53,681 nt of DNA from Armatimonadota bacterium (lineage in GTDB: Bacteria; Sysuimicrobiota; Sysuimicrobiia; Sysuimicrobiales; Kaftiobacteriaceae): the NCBI GenBank assembly GCA_020028535.1, contig JAIBHM010000001.1, positions 1-53,681 on the forward strand. The letters are read 5' to 3'. Position 1 is the stretch's first letter; each line of letters begins with the position of its first letter. Positions 9,978 through 20,408 of the stretch are shown here, in pieces. A program made the translations under genes and the position numbers. The notes below the pieces were generated by a model that was given only the letters and a program-made list of their open reading frames with translations, ran no database searches and was not told the origin of the DNA.

Positions 9978-11408
9978 ATGTGGGGCGGCCGCTTCGCGGA
10001 ACCGCTCGATCCCGATCTGCTGGCTTTTACGTCCTCGTTCGATGGCGATCGCCGCTTGCTGCGCTGGGACGTGCTCGCCAGTATTGCGCACGCGACCGCG
10101 CTGGGCGAGGCGGGTGTTGTGGCGAGAGGCGACGCTGAGGCGATCGTGGCGGGGTTGCGCCGTCTGCTCGCGGATCTCCAGGCTGGGACGCTCGCCATCC
10201 AGGGCGACTATGAGGACGTCCATTCCTTCCTCGAGGGGGCCCTCTACGAGCGAATCGGAGTCCCGGCCGGCCGGCTGCACACCGCACGGAGCCGCAACGA
10301 CCAGGTCGCCACCGCATTCCGCCTGTTTGTGAAGGACCAGACCGCGGCCCTCGTTTCGGAGATTCGCGCGCTGATCGCCGCCCTGGCTGAACGAGCCGCT
10401 CAGTCCATCGACGTCATCCTGCCGGGCTTCACGCATCTGCAGCATGCCCAACCTGTCCGCCTCGCGCACCATCTGCTGGCGTACGTTTGGATGCTGGGGC
10501 GGGACGCCGACCGGCTGATCGATGCGTACAGGCGGGTCGACGTTCTTCCATTGGGATCGGGGGCGATCGCGGGAATCGCGTTTCCGGTCGACCGCAAGCG
10601 TGTGGCCGAGATGCTCGGATTCTCGCGAATCAGCGAGAACAGTATCGATGCCACAGGTGACCGGGACTTCGCGGTGGAGACCGTGTCCGCGGCGGCGCTG
10701 GTGGCGATCCATCTCTCTCGATGGGCCGAGGAGATCGTGCTCTGGACGACCGATGAATTCGGATTTGTAGCGCTTGCCGACCGGGTCGCGACCGGAAGCA
10801 GCCTCATGCCCCAGAAGAAAAACCCCGATCCGGCCGAGCTCATCCGCGGCCGGGCGCCCCGTGTCATGGGGAACCTGGTGGCGCTGCTCGGCATGCTGAA
10901 AGGCCTCCCGGCCGGGTATCATCGCGATCTCCAGGAAGACAAGCCCGCGACCTTTGACGCGCTGGATACAGTGCGGGCGTGCACGCGGGCGATGCGAATG
11001 CTTCTTGACGGCGTGCAGTTCGTGCCCAAGAAGATGGAAGCTGCGGCGGGACGGGGCTGGACGACCGCCACGGACGTGGCCGATTATCTGGTGCGCAAAG
11101 GCGTCCCCTTCCGAGAGGCGCACGAGCAGGCAGGACGGATCGTGCAGCGGGCCGCCGCGAAGGACGTCGCCCTGTGGGAGCTTTCTCTCAATGAGTATCG
11201 CGCCGTCAGCCCAAAGTTCGACGCGGACGTCATTCAGGCCGTCTCCGTAGAGGCCGCGGTGGAATCGAAGGACTCACCGGGCGGCACTTCTCGTCGGGCG
11301 GTGCAGGCTCAGCTCACGGCTGTGGGCGAGAGAATCCGCGCCGTCGACGACTGGCTCACGGCCTCCGCTCGAGCGCTGCGCGTTCCCGAGGGGCTCGCCG
11401 CGGGGTAG
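9978..11408 (+). CDS. argH: argininosuccinate lyase
   Basis: MWGGRFAEP..., HTARSRNDQV, and the GSSLMPQKKNPD signature. The alternative GTG start at 9951 cannot be excluded. Confidence 0.93.
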   Translation: MWGGRFAEPLDPDLLAFTSSFDGDRRLLRWDVLASIAHATALGEAGVVARGDAEAIVAGLRRLLADLQAGTLAIQGDYEDVHSFLEGALYERIGVPAGRLHTARSRNDQVATAFRLFVKDQTAALVSEIRALIAALAERAAQSIDVILPGFTHLQHAQPVRLAHHLLAYVWMLGRDADRLIDAYRRVDVLPLGSGAIAGIAFPVDRKRVAEMLGFSRISENSIDATGDRDFAVETVSAAALVAIHLSRWAEEIVLWTTDEFGFVALADRVATGSSLMPQKKNPDPAELIRGRAPRVMGNLVALLGMLKGLPAGYHRDLQEDKPATFDALDTVRACTRAMRMLLDGVQFVPKKMEAAAGRGWTTATDVADYLVRKGVPFREAHEQAGRIVQRAAAKDVALWELSLNEYRAVSPKFDADVIQAVSVEAAVESKDSPGGTSRRAVQAQLTAVGERIRAVDDWLTASARALRVPEGLAAG

Positions 11409-11410
11409 AT

Positions 11411-11878
11411 GTGATGGCGCAGGCGGGCAATCGCACCCAGCTGATCCGCACGATCATCCGGGACGAGCGGATCGGGACCCAGCACGACCTGGTCCGAGCG
11501 CTACGCCGCCGGGGGGTCGACGTCACGCAGGCCACGGTCAGCCGCGACATCAAGCGGATGCGCCTGGCGAAGGTCCCGGCGGGCGACGGGCGATACCGTT
11601 ACGCCCTCCCGGATGCCTCTCAACCGGCTCCCCCAGACGCTGAGCATTTCCGCGCCGTCGCCGAGGAGTTTGCCAGGGAGGTTGTCGTGGCGTTGGATCT
11701 GGTTCTTGTGAAGACGGTCCCAGGCGGTGCAGCGCCTGTGGCTCAGGCGATCGATGACATGCGCTGGCCGGACATCGCCGGCACGCTCGCCGGCGAGGAC
11801 ACGATCATTGTCGTCCCGCGGACTCGGACCGGGTCACAGTCCGTGGCCCGCCGGCTCCGCGCGATGCTTCCCACCTAG
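11411..11878 (+). CDS. argR: arginine repressor
   Basis: RTQLIRTIIRDERIGTQHDLVRALRRRGVDVTQATVSRDIKRMRL is the winged-helix part. The C-terminal GTLAGEDTIIVV is the arginine-binding/oligomerisation motif. Confidence 0.9.
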   Translation: MMAQAGNRTQLIRTIIRDERIGTQHDLVRALRRRGVDVTQATVSRDIKRMRLAKVPAGDGRYRYALPDASQPAPPDAEHFRAVAEEFAREVVVALDLVLVKTVPGGAAPVAQAIDDMRWPDIAGTLAGEDTIIVVPRTRTGSQSVARRLRAMLPT

Positions 11879-11926
11879 CCTCTCCGCACTCCCGGCAGGC
11901 GTTATTTGTTAGTATGTGTATACTGC

Positions 11927-14035
11927 ATGGACGGCATCCGCCCGAAATGGATGGAGTTCCTGCTGACCCTTGCCCGCTCGTCCTTGTCGCGGCGGCTGGC
12001 GATCGGGGTTGGGACGTTCATCGCCCTCACGCTCTTCACCGGCGTTCAATATCTGCGTCCAAGAAACGAACTTGCGGCAGGGCAGGTGAGCCCGCGCGAC
12101 GTGGAAGCGCCGCGCACGGTCGATTTCATCGATCATGTACGGACTGAGGAACTGCGTCAGCGCGCCGCCCGAGATATTCAACCGGTCTACACGCAGTCCG
12201 CTCAGGTCAACGAGCAGGCCCGTCAGGTGGTCCTCAACACGTTCGCCACGATCGCACGCGCCCGTGCCGTCACGAGTTCAGATCAGGCGGCGCGGGCCGC
12301 CGTCCTCCGGCGTGAATCACCCGTGTCCCTGGATAATCCGGCCGTGCTGGCCGCGCTGACGCTCGATCCGCAGCCGTTGGAGGTCGCCAAGAATACGGCC
12401 CTCTCCGTCGTCGAACGGGCGATGGCCGAAGGGATCCGTTCGGGTGACGTCCCGAGGGCGCAGGCCGGGGTGCGCGTGTACATCCGCTCGCTGCCGATCG
12501 CCGGCCGCGTGATGTCGCTGGTCAGCGCCGTGAGCGAGGGGGGGCTGCAGCCGAATCTGATCGTCGACCAGACCGCCACCCAGCTTCAGCGCCGGCGCGC
12601 GATGGAGGCCGTGAACCCGGTGCGCTCCCGCGTCCTGAGGGGGGAGATTCTCGTCCGCCGCGGTGAGGTGGTCACCGAAGCGCACATGCAGAAGCTCGGG
12701 GCGGTCGGGCTGGTCGCGCAACCATTTTCGTGGGTCCGCTTTGCCGGTATGGCGCTCATCTCGCTGCTGCTGTTAATGGTGTCGTCCTTCTACATGCGTC
12801 AGTACCAACCGGAGATTTGGGCGGCTGACAAGCTCTTGCTGGTCTGGAGCCTCGGGGTCGTCCTGACCACCGCACTGGCGCGGATCGTGGTGACCCGCTT
12901 CAATCCGTACCTGCTGCCGGCCGCGGCCGGGACGATGTTGATCGCGGTGCTGCTGCGTCCCCGGCTGGCCCTGTTCACCGCCGCGGTCCTGAGCCTGCTC
13001 GCCGCGCTGGTCGCCGGCGGTGACGTGCGCCTGGCCCTGGTGACGTTCATCGGCTCGACCGTGGGAGTCTACGCCACCAAACGCATCAGCCACCGGACCG
13101 ACCTCGTCGTCGCCGGGCTTCGCGTGGGCGCCGCCACCGCGCTGGCGGTCACGGCCGTGGGGCTGCTCGATCAGCTCCCGTGGTACCCGCACCTGCTGAG
13201 CGACATGGCCTTCGGCCTCGGCAGCGGCGTTCTGGTGGGCGTGATCGCCATCGGCGTGCTGCCATATCTGGAAAACCTCTTCGGGCTGGTGACGCCGATC
13301 AAGCTGTTGGAGTTAAGCGACCCGGGGCATCCCATGCTGCGCCGCCTCCAGATGGAAGCCCCCGGCACCTACCACCACAGCATCATGGTGGCGAACCTGG
13401 CGGAGGCCGCGGCGGACGCGATCGGCGCGGACGGCCTGCTGGTGCGCGTCGGGACCTACTACCACGACGTTGGGAAGCTCCGGCGCCCGGCCTTCTTCGC
13501 CGAGAACCAGGCGGGCATCGAGAATCCGCACGACAAGATGGCGCCGAGCCTCTCCGCGCTGACCGTGCTCGCCCACGTGCGTGACGGGCTGGAGTACGCG
13601 CGGGAGCACAAACTGCCTGAGTCCGTGGCCGATTTCATTCCCGAGCATCACGGGACAAGCCTGATCACGTACTTCTACCATCAAGCGAAAGAACGCGGCG
13701 ACACGGTCGATGAGGACGGGTTCCGGTACGAGGGGCCACGGCCTCAGAGCAGGGAGACGGCGATCGTGATGCTGGCCGACGCCGTGGAGGGCGCGGTCCG
13801 GGCGCTGAAGCAGCCCACGCCCGATCGCATCGAGCAGGTCGTCCGCCGGATCATTCGCGAGAAACTGGAAGACGGCCAGCTCGATGAGTGTGATCTGACC
13901 TTCCGCGATCTGGACACTATCGCTGCGACCTTCACGCGGCTCCTGGCCAGCATGTTTCATCCCCGCGTCGAATACCCCGATCTCGAGCGCGACTTCCCGC
14001 GACGACGCGTCACCAGGCCCGCCCCCGTCAGGTAA
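11927..14035 (+). CDS. pgpH: 7TM-HD membrane phosphohydrolase (PgpH/YqfF-type, candidate c-di-AMP phosphodiesterase)
   Basis: It has an N-terminal extracellular region, about seven TM helices, then HD-domain motifs (YHHSIMVANLAE...YYHDVGK...PEHHG). It sits directly upstream of ybeY-dgkA, as in Bacillota. The start is uncertain (11906 or 11927). Confidence 0.85.
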   Translation: MDGIRPKWMEFLLTLARSSLSRRLAIGVGTFIALTLFTGVQYLRPRNELAAGQVSPRDVEAPRTVDFIDHVRTEELRQRAARDIQPVYTQSAQVNEQARQVVLNTFATIARARAVTSSDQAARAAVLRRESPVSLDNPAVLAALTLDPQPLEVAKNTALSVVERAMAEGIRSGDVPRAQAGVRVYIRSLPIAGRVMSLVSAVSEGGLQPNLIVDQTATQLQRRRAMEAVNPVRSRVLRGEILVRRGEVVTEAHMQKLGAVGLVAQPFSWVRFAGMALISLLLLMVSSFYMRQYQPEIWAADKLLLVWSLGVVLTTALARIVVTRFNPYLLPAAAGTMLIAVLLRPRLALFTAAVLSLLAALVAGGDVRLALVTFIGSTVGVYATKRISHRTDLVVAGLRVGAATALAVTAVGLLDQLPWYPHLLSDMAFGLGSGVLVGVIAIGVLPYLENLFGLVTPIKLLELSDPGHPMLRRLQMEAPGTYHHSIMVANLAEAAADAIGADGLLVRVGTYYHDVGKLRRPAFFAENQAGIENPHDKMAPSLSALTVLAHVRDGLEYAREHKLPESVADFIPEHHGTSLITYFYHQAKERGDTVDEDGFRYEGPRPQSRETAIVMLADAVEGAVRALKQPTPDRIEQVVRRIIREKLEDGQLDECDLTFRDLDTIAATFTRLLASMFHPRVEYPDLERDFPRRRVTRPAPVR

Positions 14036-14463
14036 TGCCGGCCGTCGTGCTGGCCAAGGTCCGCCGTCCGGGGATCGCCCCGCGGCGGTTGCGCCGCGTG
14101 CTGGCGCACGTCCTCCGCCGCCACCGCGCGCCGGCCCGCGCCCAGGTCACCGTCGTGCTGGTCTCGGACCGTGCGATCCGCGTCCTCAACCGCAGGTTTC
14201 TGCGGAAGGACCGGTCCACCGACGTGCTGGCATTCCCGGGCGGAGACCGGTCGTTTCTGGGGGAGGTGGTCGTGTCGGTCGACCGTGCGCGTGCGCAGGC
14301 GAAGGCGGCCGGCCACGACCCGGCCACAGAGATCGCCTTGCTCGCCGCGCACGGACTGCTCCACCTGTTAGGGTACAGCGATCGAACCGCCGCCCGGCGT
14401 GCCTGGATGATGCGCAGGCAGCGGAGGCTCCTCCACGAACTGGGTATCGAGGTGCGGGGATGA
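14035..14463 (+). CDS. ybeY: rRNA maturation endoribonuclease YbeY
   Basis: HGLLHLLGYSD is the zinc-binding motif. About 140 aa. TAATG overlap with the upstream gene. Confidence 0.9.
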   Translation: MPAVVLAKVRRPGIAPRRLRRVLAHVLRRHRAPARAQVTVVLVSDRAIRVLNRRFLRKDRSTDVLAFPGGDRSFLGEVVVSVDRARAQAKAAGHDPATEIALLAAHGLLHLLGYSDRTAARRAWMMRRQRRLLHELGIEVRG

Positions 14464-15002
14464 AGCGTACGACGGGGAGGTGGGCCGGATTCGCGCAGGC
14501 GCTCGGGTACGCGCTCGCCGGCCTGCACTACGCGCTGCGCACACAGCGGAACTTTCGCATCCAGCTGGCCGCTGCGGCCGGAATCGCCGTCCTCACGATC
14601 TGGCTGCGGCTGGCGGCCCTTGAGGCCGCGGTCGTCGCGCTGGCGATGTTCATGGTGCTTGCCGCTGAGCTCATCAACACCGGGGTTGAGGCGATCGTGG
14701 ACATGCTGGTAGAGCAGCACCACCATCGTCTGGCACAGCTCGCCAAAGACATCGCCGCCGCGGCGGTGGTTATTAGCGTCGTCGGCGCCATCCTCGCGGG
14801 CGGCCTCGTGCTCGGTCCGCCGCTGGCCCTGCGTCTGGGCGTCACGCCGGACCGGGCCATCTGGTTGGCCTGGGCCGGTGCGCTCGTGGTGGTGATCGGC
14901 GGCGCGCTGGGTCTGGTTGGACTGTTGCGCCGGCCGGCAACCGGAGAGCGCACGGACGCGGGTCCCCACGCCAAGGCGGGCGCCGGCACTCCTCGCGGGT
15001 GA
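14460..15002 (+). CDS. dgkA: diacylglycerol/undecaprenol kinase family protein with a C-terminal TM extension
   Basis: ALRTQRNFRIQL...AELINTGVEAIVD is the DAGK_prokar motif. ATGA overlap with ybeY. Confidence 0.85.
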   Translation: MKRTTGRWAGFAQALGYALAGLHYALRTQRNFRIQLAAAAGIAVLTIWLRLAALEAAVVALAMFMVLAAELINTGVEAIVDMLVEQHHHRLAQLAKDIAAAAVVISVVGAILAGGLVLGPPLALRLGVTPDRAIWLAWAGALVVVIGGALGLVGLLRRPATGERTDAGPHAKAGAGTPRG

Positions 15003-15080
15003 TCCGCAAGGAGGCGGACCGTCCGCGTCGTAACCATTCCGATACATCATCCGCTGGACAAGCCAACAACCTCATGGGAG

Positions 15081-16103
15081 GTGGGGATCTTGCGCAAGAC
15101 GCTGGTGTATGCGTTCGCGGTCGCGCTTACTGTGGCGACCGTATCGTACACGGTCGTGGCACAGCAGCCGCGGAGCCGGCTTGATGCAGTCCGCGCGCGC
15201 GGACGATTGATCTGCGGCGTGGAGGGCGCGACCGCAGGATTCAGCTTCCCGGATCCCACTTCGGGTCGCACGATCGGGTTTGACGCCGACTTCTGTCACG
15301 CCGTCGCTGCGTTCCTGGACGTCCCGGAGGTCGAGTTCGTCAGACTCACAGGGGCCACCCGGCTCCCCGCCGTGGCTTCCGGGTCCGTGGACGTGGTGTT
15401 CCGAACGACCACGCAGACGATCAGCCGCGACGACCAGGTGGACTTCGGTCCGGTGACGTTTTACGACGGGCAGCGCCTTCTCGTACGCACAGACTCGAGG
15501 ATCCGCGGGCTGAATGATCTCAACGGCGCGCGCGTCTGCTCGCAGACCGGGACCACAAGTGAGCGAAACATTACGGACCAGATGCGGCAGAGGAATTTTC
15601 GCTTCCAACTGATTACCTTTGCCACGCCGAAAGAAGCCTTTGATGGACTGGCAGCCGGACGCTGCGACGTCTGGACGACCGATGCCAGCCAGCTCACCGC
15701 GTTTCGCGCGACGGCGCCGAACCCGGGGGAGTTTCAGGTCGTGGGCAGAGAGTTCAGCGATGAGCCGTTGACACCGATCTACCAGGAGAACGACTCCAAG
15801 TGGGCTGACGTCGTGAACTACACCGTCTGGGGGATGATCCTGGCGGAGGAACTCGGCATCACCCTCGACATCGCCCGCAATCCCGGTCGGTTGAACGAGA
15901 TGGCATCCAGGGATCCTATCGTCAAGAACTACATTGAGATGAAAGGTGGGGCCATGGTTCGGTCGCTCCGCCTTGTCGGTAATTACGGTGAAGTCTACAA
16001 CCGATACTTCGGCCCGCGCTCCAGGACGGCGATCACGCGGAACGGCACGCGCAACGAGCTGTCACGCGACGGCGGCGCCATGACGTCGCGGCCCTTCCGG
16101 TAA
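15081..16103 (+). CDS. amino-acid ABC transporter substrate-binding protein (AapJ/BztA-like, ~340 aa)
   Basis: It has a signal peptide (LVYAFAVALTVATVSYTVVAQQ), then a type-3 SBP fold (GRLICGV...GFDADFC...DVVFRTTT). The start may be the TTG at 15090, given the GGGAGG at 15076-15081. Confidence 0.85.
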   Translation: MGILRKTLVYAFAVALTVATVSYTVVAQQPRSRLDAVRARGRLICGVEGATAGFSFPDPTSGRTIGFDADFCHAVAAFLDVPEVEFVRLTGATRLPAVASGSVDVVFRTTTQTISRDDQVDFGPVTFYDGQRLLVRTDSRIRGLNDLNGARVCSQTGTTSERNITDQMRQRNFRFQLITFATPKEAFDGLAAGRCDVWTTDASQLTAFRATAPNPGEFQVVGREFSDEPLTPIYQENDSKWADVVNYTVWGMILAEELGITLDIARNPGRLNEMASRDPIVKNYIEMKGGAMVRSLRLVGNYGEVYNRYFGPRSRTAITRNGTRNELSRDGGAMTSRPFR

Positions 16104-16199
16104 GGGGGTTTGCGCGCGTTCACAAGTTGAGGTTGGTCACGGCGAGCGGTGAGCCCTGGTGTGGCTCATCGCTCGCTGTCCGCACGCGATGAACTAACC

Positions 16200-17219
16200 A
16201 TGGACGTTCACCGCCGGTCCGCACCCCCGTTCTGGCGAGACGAACGGCGGCTCGCCATCCTGGCGCAAGTCCTCTTCATCCTCCTTGTCCTTGCGGCGCT
16301 GTGGGCGGCGGGTGAGGCTCTTCGGGACAGTTTTCAGCGCAGGAACATCCGGCTCGACTGGTCCTTCTGGCGTCAGAACGCCGGGTTCGAGCTCAGCGCG
16401 CTCTCCTGGACGATCGATCTCGAGACACTCAGCCTCAAGCGCTACGATCCCGGGGACTCGACCGGCGAAGCGATGATCGCCGGCCTCTTCAATACGATCA
16501 AGGTGGCGGTGCTTGGCATCAGCCTGGCGACCTTCCTGGGGATCGTCGCCGGCGTTGCGCGACTGTCGCGGAACTGGCTGGTTAGCCGGCTGGCGCTCGG
16601 CTACGTCGAGGTTTTTCGCAACACTCCGCTGCTCGTGCAGTTGTTCTTCTGGTACTTCGCGGTGATCCTGCAACTCCCGAACGGTTCCCCCGGGCAGCCC
16701 CCGCTGCGTCTCTTCGGGGACGCGATCGTGCTGACCAACTCAGGCCTGGCCTTCGGGGGGACGGTCGTGGACCGCTTTGGTCGCCTGGTGGTAGACGGGG
16801 GTTTCCAGCTCACCCCGGAGTTCGCGGCTCTTGTCATCGGGCTGGCAGCATATACCTCGGCCTTCATCGCCGAAATCATCCGCGGCGGGATTCTCGCCGT
16901 CTCCCGGGGGCAGATGGAGGCTGCCCGCAGCGTCGGCCTGTCGTACGGTAAGAGCCTCCGGTTGATCATCCTGCCGCAGGCGCTCCGCATCGTCATCCCG
17001 CCGCTCGGCAACCAGTTCCTCAACCTGACAAAGAACAGCAGCCTGGCGATCGGCATTGGCTTCGCGGAGTTCCTGACCGCCGCCAGTACTGTCAGTAGCC
17101 AGACGTTCCGTTCGCTGGAGGCGTACACCGTGGTCACGCTGGGTTACCTGATGCTCTCGCTGACAATCTCAGCCCTTCTCAACCTCGTGCGCTCGCGCCT
17201 GGCCCTGCCGGGGCATTGA
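16200..17219 (+). CDS. amino-acid ABC transporter permease (AapQ-like)
   Basis: Multi-TM protein. FRNTPLLVQLFFWYF and the EAA-like loop EIIRGGILAVSRGQMEAARSVGLS. I prefer the ATG at 16200. Confidence 0.85.
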   Translation: MDVHRRSAPPFWRDERRLAILAQVLFILLVLAALWAAGEALRDSFQRRNIRLDWSFWRQNAGFELSALSWTIDLETLSLKRYDPGDSTGEAMIAGLFNTIKVAVLGISLATFLGIVAGVARLSRNWLVSRLALGYVEVFRNTPLLVQLFFWYFAVILQLPNGSPGQPPLRLFGDAIVLTNSGLAFGGTVVDRFGRLVVDGGFQLTPEFAALVIGLAAYTSAFIAEIIRGGILAVSRGQMEAARSVGLSYGKSLRLIILPQALRIVIPPLGNQFLNLTKNSSLAIGIGFAEFLTAASTVSSQTFRSLEAYTVVTLGYLMLSLTISALLNLVRSRLALPGH

Positions 17220-17222
17220 TCT

Positions 17223-18239
17223 ATGGCCACGCGTATCGAGGTGCTTGCCCCGCCCGAGGAACGGCAGACTGCCTGGCAGTGGGCGCAGCACAACCTCTTC
17301 GGCGGGCTCTGGAACTCGCTGCTCACCGTCGTCATCGCCGCGGCGCTCGCCTCTGCTGTCTCGCGCATCGCCGGCTGGGCAGCAAAGGCGCACTGGGACG
17401 TCGTCCTGAACAATCCCAGGTTCTGGCTGGTTGGACTGATGCCGGTGGAGTTTGCGCTGCGGGCGTACTGGGCGGGAGGATTGGTGGTCATCGCCGCCCT
17501 TCTGACCCTCCTCGGGATCCGGGCGAGGGTTCGCCCCCGCGTCCTGGTCGCGCTGTGGGGCGGAATCATCATCGGGGCGATCTGGATCATGTCCCCTGTC
17601 CGGCTCGACCAGATCGGCGGATTGTACCTGACCCTGCTGCTGGCGGTCGTCGCCATCACCGCATCCTTCCCGATGGGGGTGCTCGTGGGGATGGGGCGGG
17701 TCAGTCGCCTCCCTGCCATCCGCGCCTTTTCCATCCTCTATATTGAGGTGATCCGCGGGATCCCATTCATCACCGTCCTGCTCTGGTTCTCCGTCTTCGT
17801 CACCCTGCTGAGCGGTGACGCGCTGGGCCGGGTGCAGCGGGCGATGATCGCCATGACCATCTTCAGCTCCGCTTACGTTGGAGAGATCGTGCGGGCGGGG
17901 ATTCAGTCCGTGCCGCGGGGGCAGGTGGAGGCGGCGCGGGCCGTGGGTCTTTCGCCGGTGCAAACCATGTGGCATATCGTGCTGCCCCAGGCGATCAAGA
18001 ATATGATCCCGGCGCTGGTCGGGCAGTTCATCAGTTTATTCAAGGATACGTCGCTCGCCGTGATCATTGGGTTGAGCGAGCTCGTCGGCACAGGGCGCGC
18101 GCTGCTGGCGATCACGCAATATCTGCACGATGTACGCGAGGTCTATGTGTTTCTACTCGTGGTATACTTTGTGTTCTCGTACGCGATGTCAAGTGCGAGC
18201 CGGCGCTTAGAGCGCCGGCTGGGGTTGGGAGAACGGTGA
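17223..18239 (+). CDS. amino-acid ABC transporter permease (AapM-like)
   Basis: EVIRGIPFITVL... and the EAA loop EIVRAGIQSVPRGQVEAARAVGLS. Confidence 0.85.
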   Translation: MATRIEVLAPPEERQTAWQWAQHNLFGGLWNSLLTVVIAAALASAVSRIAGWAAKAHWDVVLNNPRFWLVGLMPVEFALRAYWAGGLVVIAALLTLLGIRARVRPRVLVALWGGIIIGAIWIMSPVRLDQIGGLYLTLLLAVVAITASFPMGVLVGMGRVSRLPAIRAFSILYIEVIRGIPFITVLLWFSVFVTLLSGDALGRVQRAMIAMTIFSSAYVGEIVRAGIQSVPRGQVEAARAVGLSPVQTMWHIVLPQAIKNMIPALVGQFISLFKDTSLAVIIGLSELVGTGRALLAITQYLHDVREVYVFLLVVYFVFSYAMSSASRRLERRLGLGER

Positions 18240-18251
18240 GGATGGTGGATC

Positions 18252-19046
18252 ATGGCTGAAACGCAGGTGCGGGAGCGCACGCACACACAGGCCCCCGCCC
18301 GGGACGGCGAGCCGATCATCCTGCTGGACGACGTCCACAAGTGGTTCGGCAAGCTGCACGTTCTGCAGGGCATCCACCTTCGCGTCTTCCCCGGCGAAGT
18401 CGTCGTGGTAGCGGGTCCCTCGGGCTCAGGGAAGTCCACCATGATCCGCTGTATCAATCGCCTGGAGAGCCATCAGCGCGGGCGGATCATCGTGGACGGC
18501 ATTGAGCTCACCGATGACATCCGCAATATCGACGCGGTGCGTAGCGAGGTGGGCATGGTGTTCCAGTCGTTCAACCTCTTCCCCCACCTCACCGCCCTGC
18601 AGAACGTCTCCCTGGCTCCGATCAAGGTTCGCAAGTGGCCCAGGGGCAAGGCCGAGCGCGTCGCCATGGAGCTGCTCGACCGCGTCGGCATGCCGGAGAA
18701 AGCCCACATTTATCCCGGTCAGCTGTCCGGCGGCCAGCAGCAGCGTGTGGCCATCGCCCGGGCGCTCGCCATGCAGCCCAAGATCATGCTGTTCGACGAA
18801 CCCACCTCGGCGCTCGATCCGGAGATGATCCAGGAGGTGCTGGACGTCATGCGCGGCCTCGCGACCGACGCAGGCATGACGATGATGGTGGTCACCCACG
18901 AGATGGGGTTCGCGCGTGAGGTGGCCGACCGCATCATCTTCATGGACGGGGGCGTCATCGTCGAGGAAGGCGCTCCCGAACACTTCTTCACGAATCCCAC
19001 CCATCCGCGAACCAAGCTGTTCCTGTCGAAGATCCTGCATCAGTGA
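18252..19046 (+). CDS. amino-acid ABC transporter ATP-binding protein
   Basis: Walker [10 protein letters not shown], signature [15 protein letters not shown], Walker [12 protein letters not shown]. Confidence 0.92.
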   Translation: MAETQVRERTHTQAPARDGEPIILLDDVHKWFGKLHVLQGIHLRVFPGEVVVVAGPSGSGKSTMIRCINRLESHQRGRIIVDGIELTDDIRNIDAVRSEVGMVFQSFNLFPHLTALQNVSLAPIKVRKWPRGKAERVAMELLDRVGMPEKAHIYPGQLSGGQQQRVAIARALAMQPKIMLFDEPTSALDPEMIQEVLDVMRGLATDAGMTMMVVTHEMGFAREVADRIIFMDGGVIVEEGAPEHFFTNPTHPRTKLFLSKILHQ

Positions 19047-19071
19047 GCCCCAAAGTTCCATGGTTCTTGCG

Positions 19072-19080
19072 TGGTATAAT
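19072..19080 (+). promoter_or_regulatory. extended -10 promoter element (TGgTATAAT)
   Basis: TGGTATAAT lies in the 81-nt gap upstream of the CorC/TlyC-like gene. No good -35 element is present. Confidence 0.4.
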
Positions 19081-19127
19081 AGCCTCCGTTACACCGGCAA
19101 GTCCTGAAAGGGTGGTAGAGTCCCCCG

Positions 19128-20408
19128 TTGGACGCTTCAGGTAGTTCGCTGAATTACGTTCTTTTGATGCTGTTGCTCCTGCTGTCCGCCTTCTTCTCCG
19201 GTTCTGAGACGGCGCTGCTGGCGGCCAACAAGCTCCGCCTGCGGCATATGGATGAGGAGGGCAACCGGCGGGCCGGCATCGTGAGGCGCCTGCTGGAGGA
19301 GCCCGGCCGGGTGCTCACCGCGCTGCTCGTGGGCAATAACATCGTCAATGTGGCGGCGACCGTGTTTGCCACGGCGATCGCGGTGCAGCTGTGGGGCCCG
19401 CAGCGCGGACCCCTCTATGCCCTCGTCGGCATGACCCTCCTCCTGCTGATCGTGGGGGAGATCACCCCCAAGACCTTCGCCGCCAAGTACGCCGACCGGG
19501 TGGCGGTGTGGGTGGCGCGTCCTATCTCGTGGTTCACCGTCCTGCTGGCGCCGATCATCCGGGTGGTGTCCCTGCTCAGCAACCTGTTGCTGCGCCCGCT
19601 TGGCGGCAGGGTAAACCTTGCTTCTCCGCTCGTCACTGAAGAGGAGATCCGCCTGCTGGTGAAGATGGGGGAAGAGGAGGGGGTCATCCAGGAAGACGAG
19701 CGGGAGATGATCCACTCCATCTTCGAGTTCGGCGACACCGTGGTGCGCGAGGTCATGGTCCCGCGCATCGACATGGTATGTGTGGCGGATACCGATACGG
19801 TGGCGGACGCCCTGCGGGTGGTGCGGGAAGAGGGTCACTCCCGCCTCCCGGTCTACCACGAGTCGATCGACCAGATCGTCGGCACCGTGCACGTGAAAGA
19901 CCTGATCACCTACGTCCAGGACCGGCGCGAGTCCGCGCCGGTCAAGGAGGCGGTGCGTCCGGCCTACTTCATTCCGGAGAGCAAGCCGCTGGACAGCCTC
20001 TTCCGCGAAATGCGTCGCAAGAAGGTGCACATGGCCATCGTCGTGGACGAATACGGCGGCACCGCGGGGCTCGTGACGATCGAGGACCTCCTGGAGGAGA
20101 TCGTGGGACCGATCCTCGACGAATATGATGTCGAAGAGAAGCTCCTGGAAGTGGTGAACGAGAACGTCGCCGTCGTGGACGGGCGCCTCAGCCTGGAAGA
20201 GGTGAACGAGCAGCTGGGTCTGGATCTGCCGGTCGGCCAGGTGGATACCATCGGGGGCTTCGTCTACTCCCTGCTCGGCCACGTGCCGTCCCAGGGTGAA
20301 ACCGTCACCTACGACGGCGTCGAGCTCTTCGTCGAGCGTCTCGAAGGCCACCGCGTCGCGCGGGTGCGGATCACGAAGCGGGTTCCCACCGAGCAGCTCC
20401 GCTCCTAA
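19128..20408 (+). CDS. hemolysin-family protein (DUF21 membrane domain, CBS pair, CorC_HlyC)
   Basis: SAFFSGSETALLA is DUF21; there is a CBS pair; the C-terminus GGFVYSLLGHVPSQGETV...V is CorC_HlyC. TTG start. Confidence 0.88.
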   Translation: MDASGSSLNYVLLMLLLLLSAFFSGSETALLAANKLRLRHMDEEGNRRAGIVRRLLEEPGRVLTALLVGNNIVNVAATVFATAIAVQLWGPQRGPLYALVGMTLLLLIVGEITPKTFAAKYADRVAVWVARPISWFTVLLAPIIRVVSLLSNLLLRPLGGRVNLASPLVTEEEIRLLVKMGEEEGVIQEDEREMIHSIFEFGDTVVREVMVPRIDMVCVADTDTVADALRVVREEGHSRLPVYHESIDQIVGTVHVKDLITYVQDRRESAPVKEAVRPAYFIPESKPLDSLFREMRRKKVHMAIVVDEYGGTAGLVTIEDLLEEIVGPILDEYDVEEKLLEVVNENVAVVDGRLSLEEVNEQLGLDLPVGQVDTIGGFVYSLLGHVPSQGETVTYDGVELFVERLEGHRVARVRITKRVPTEQLRS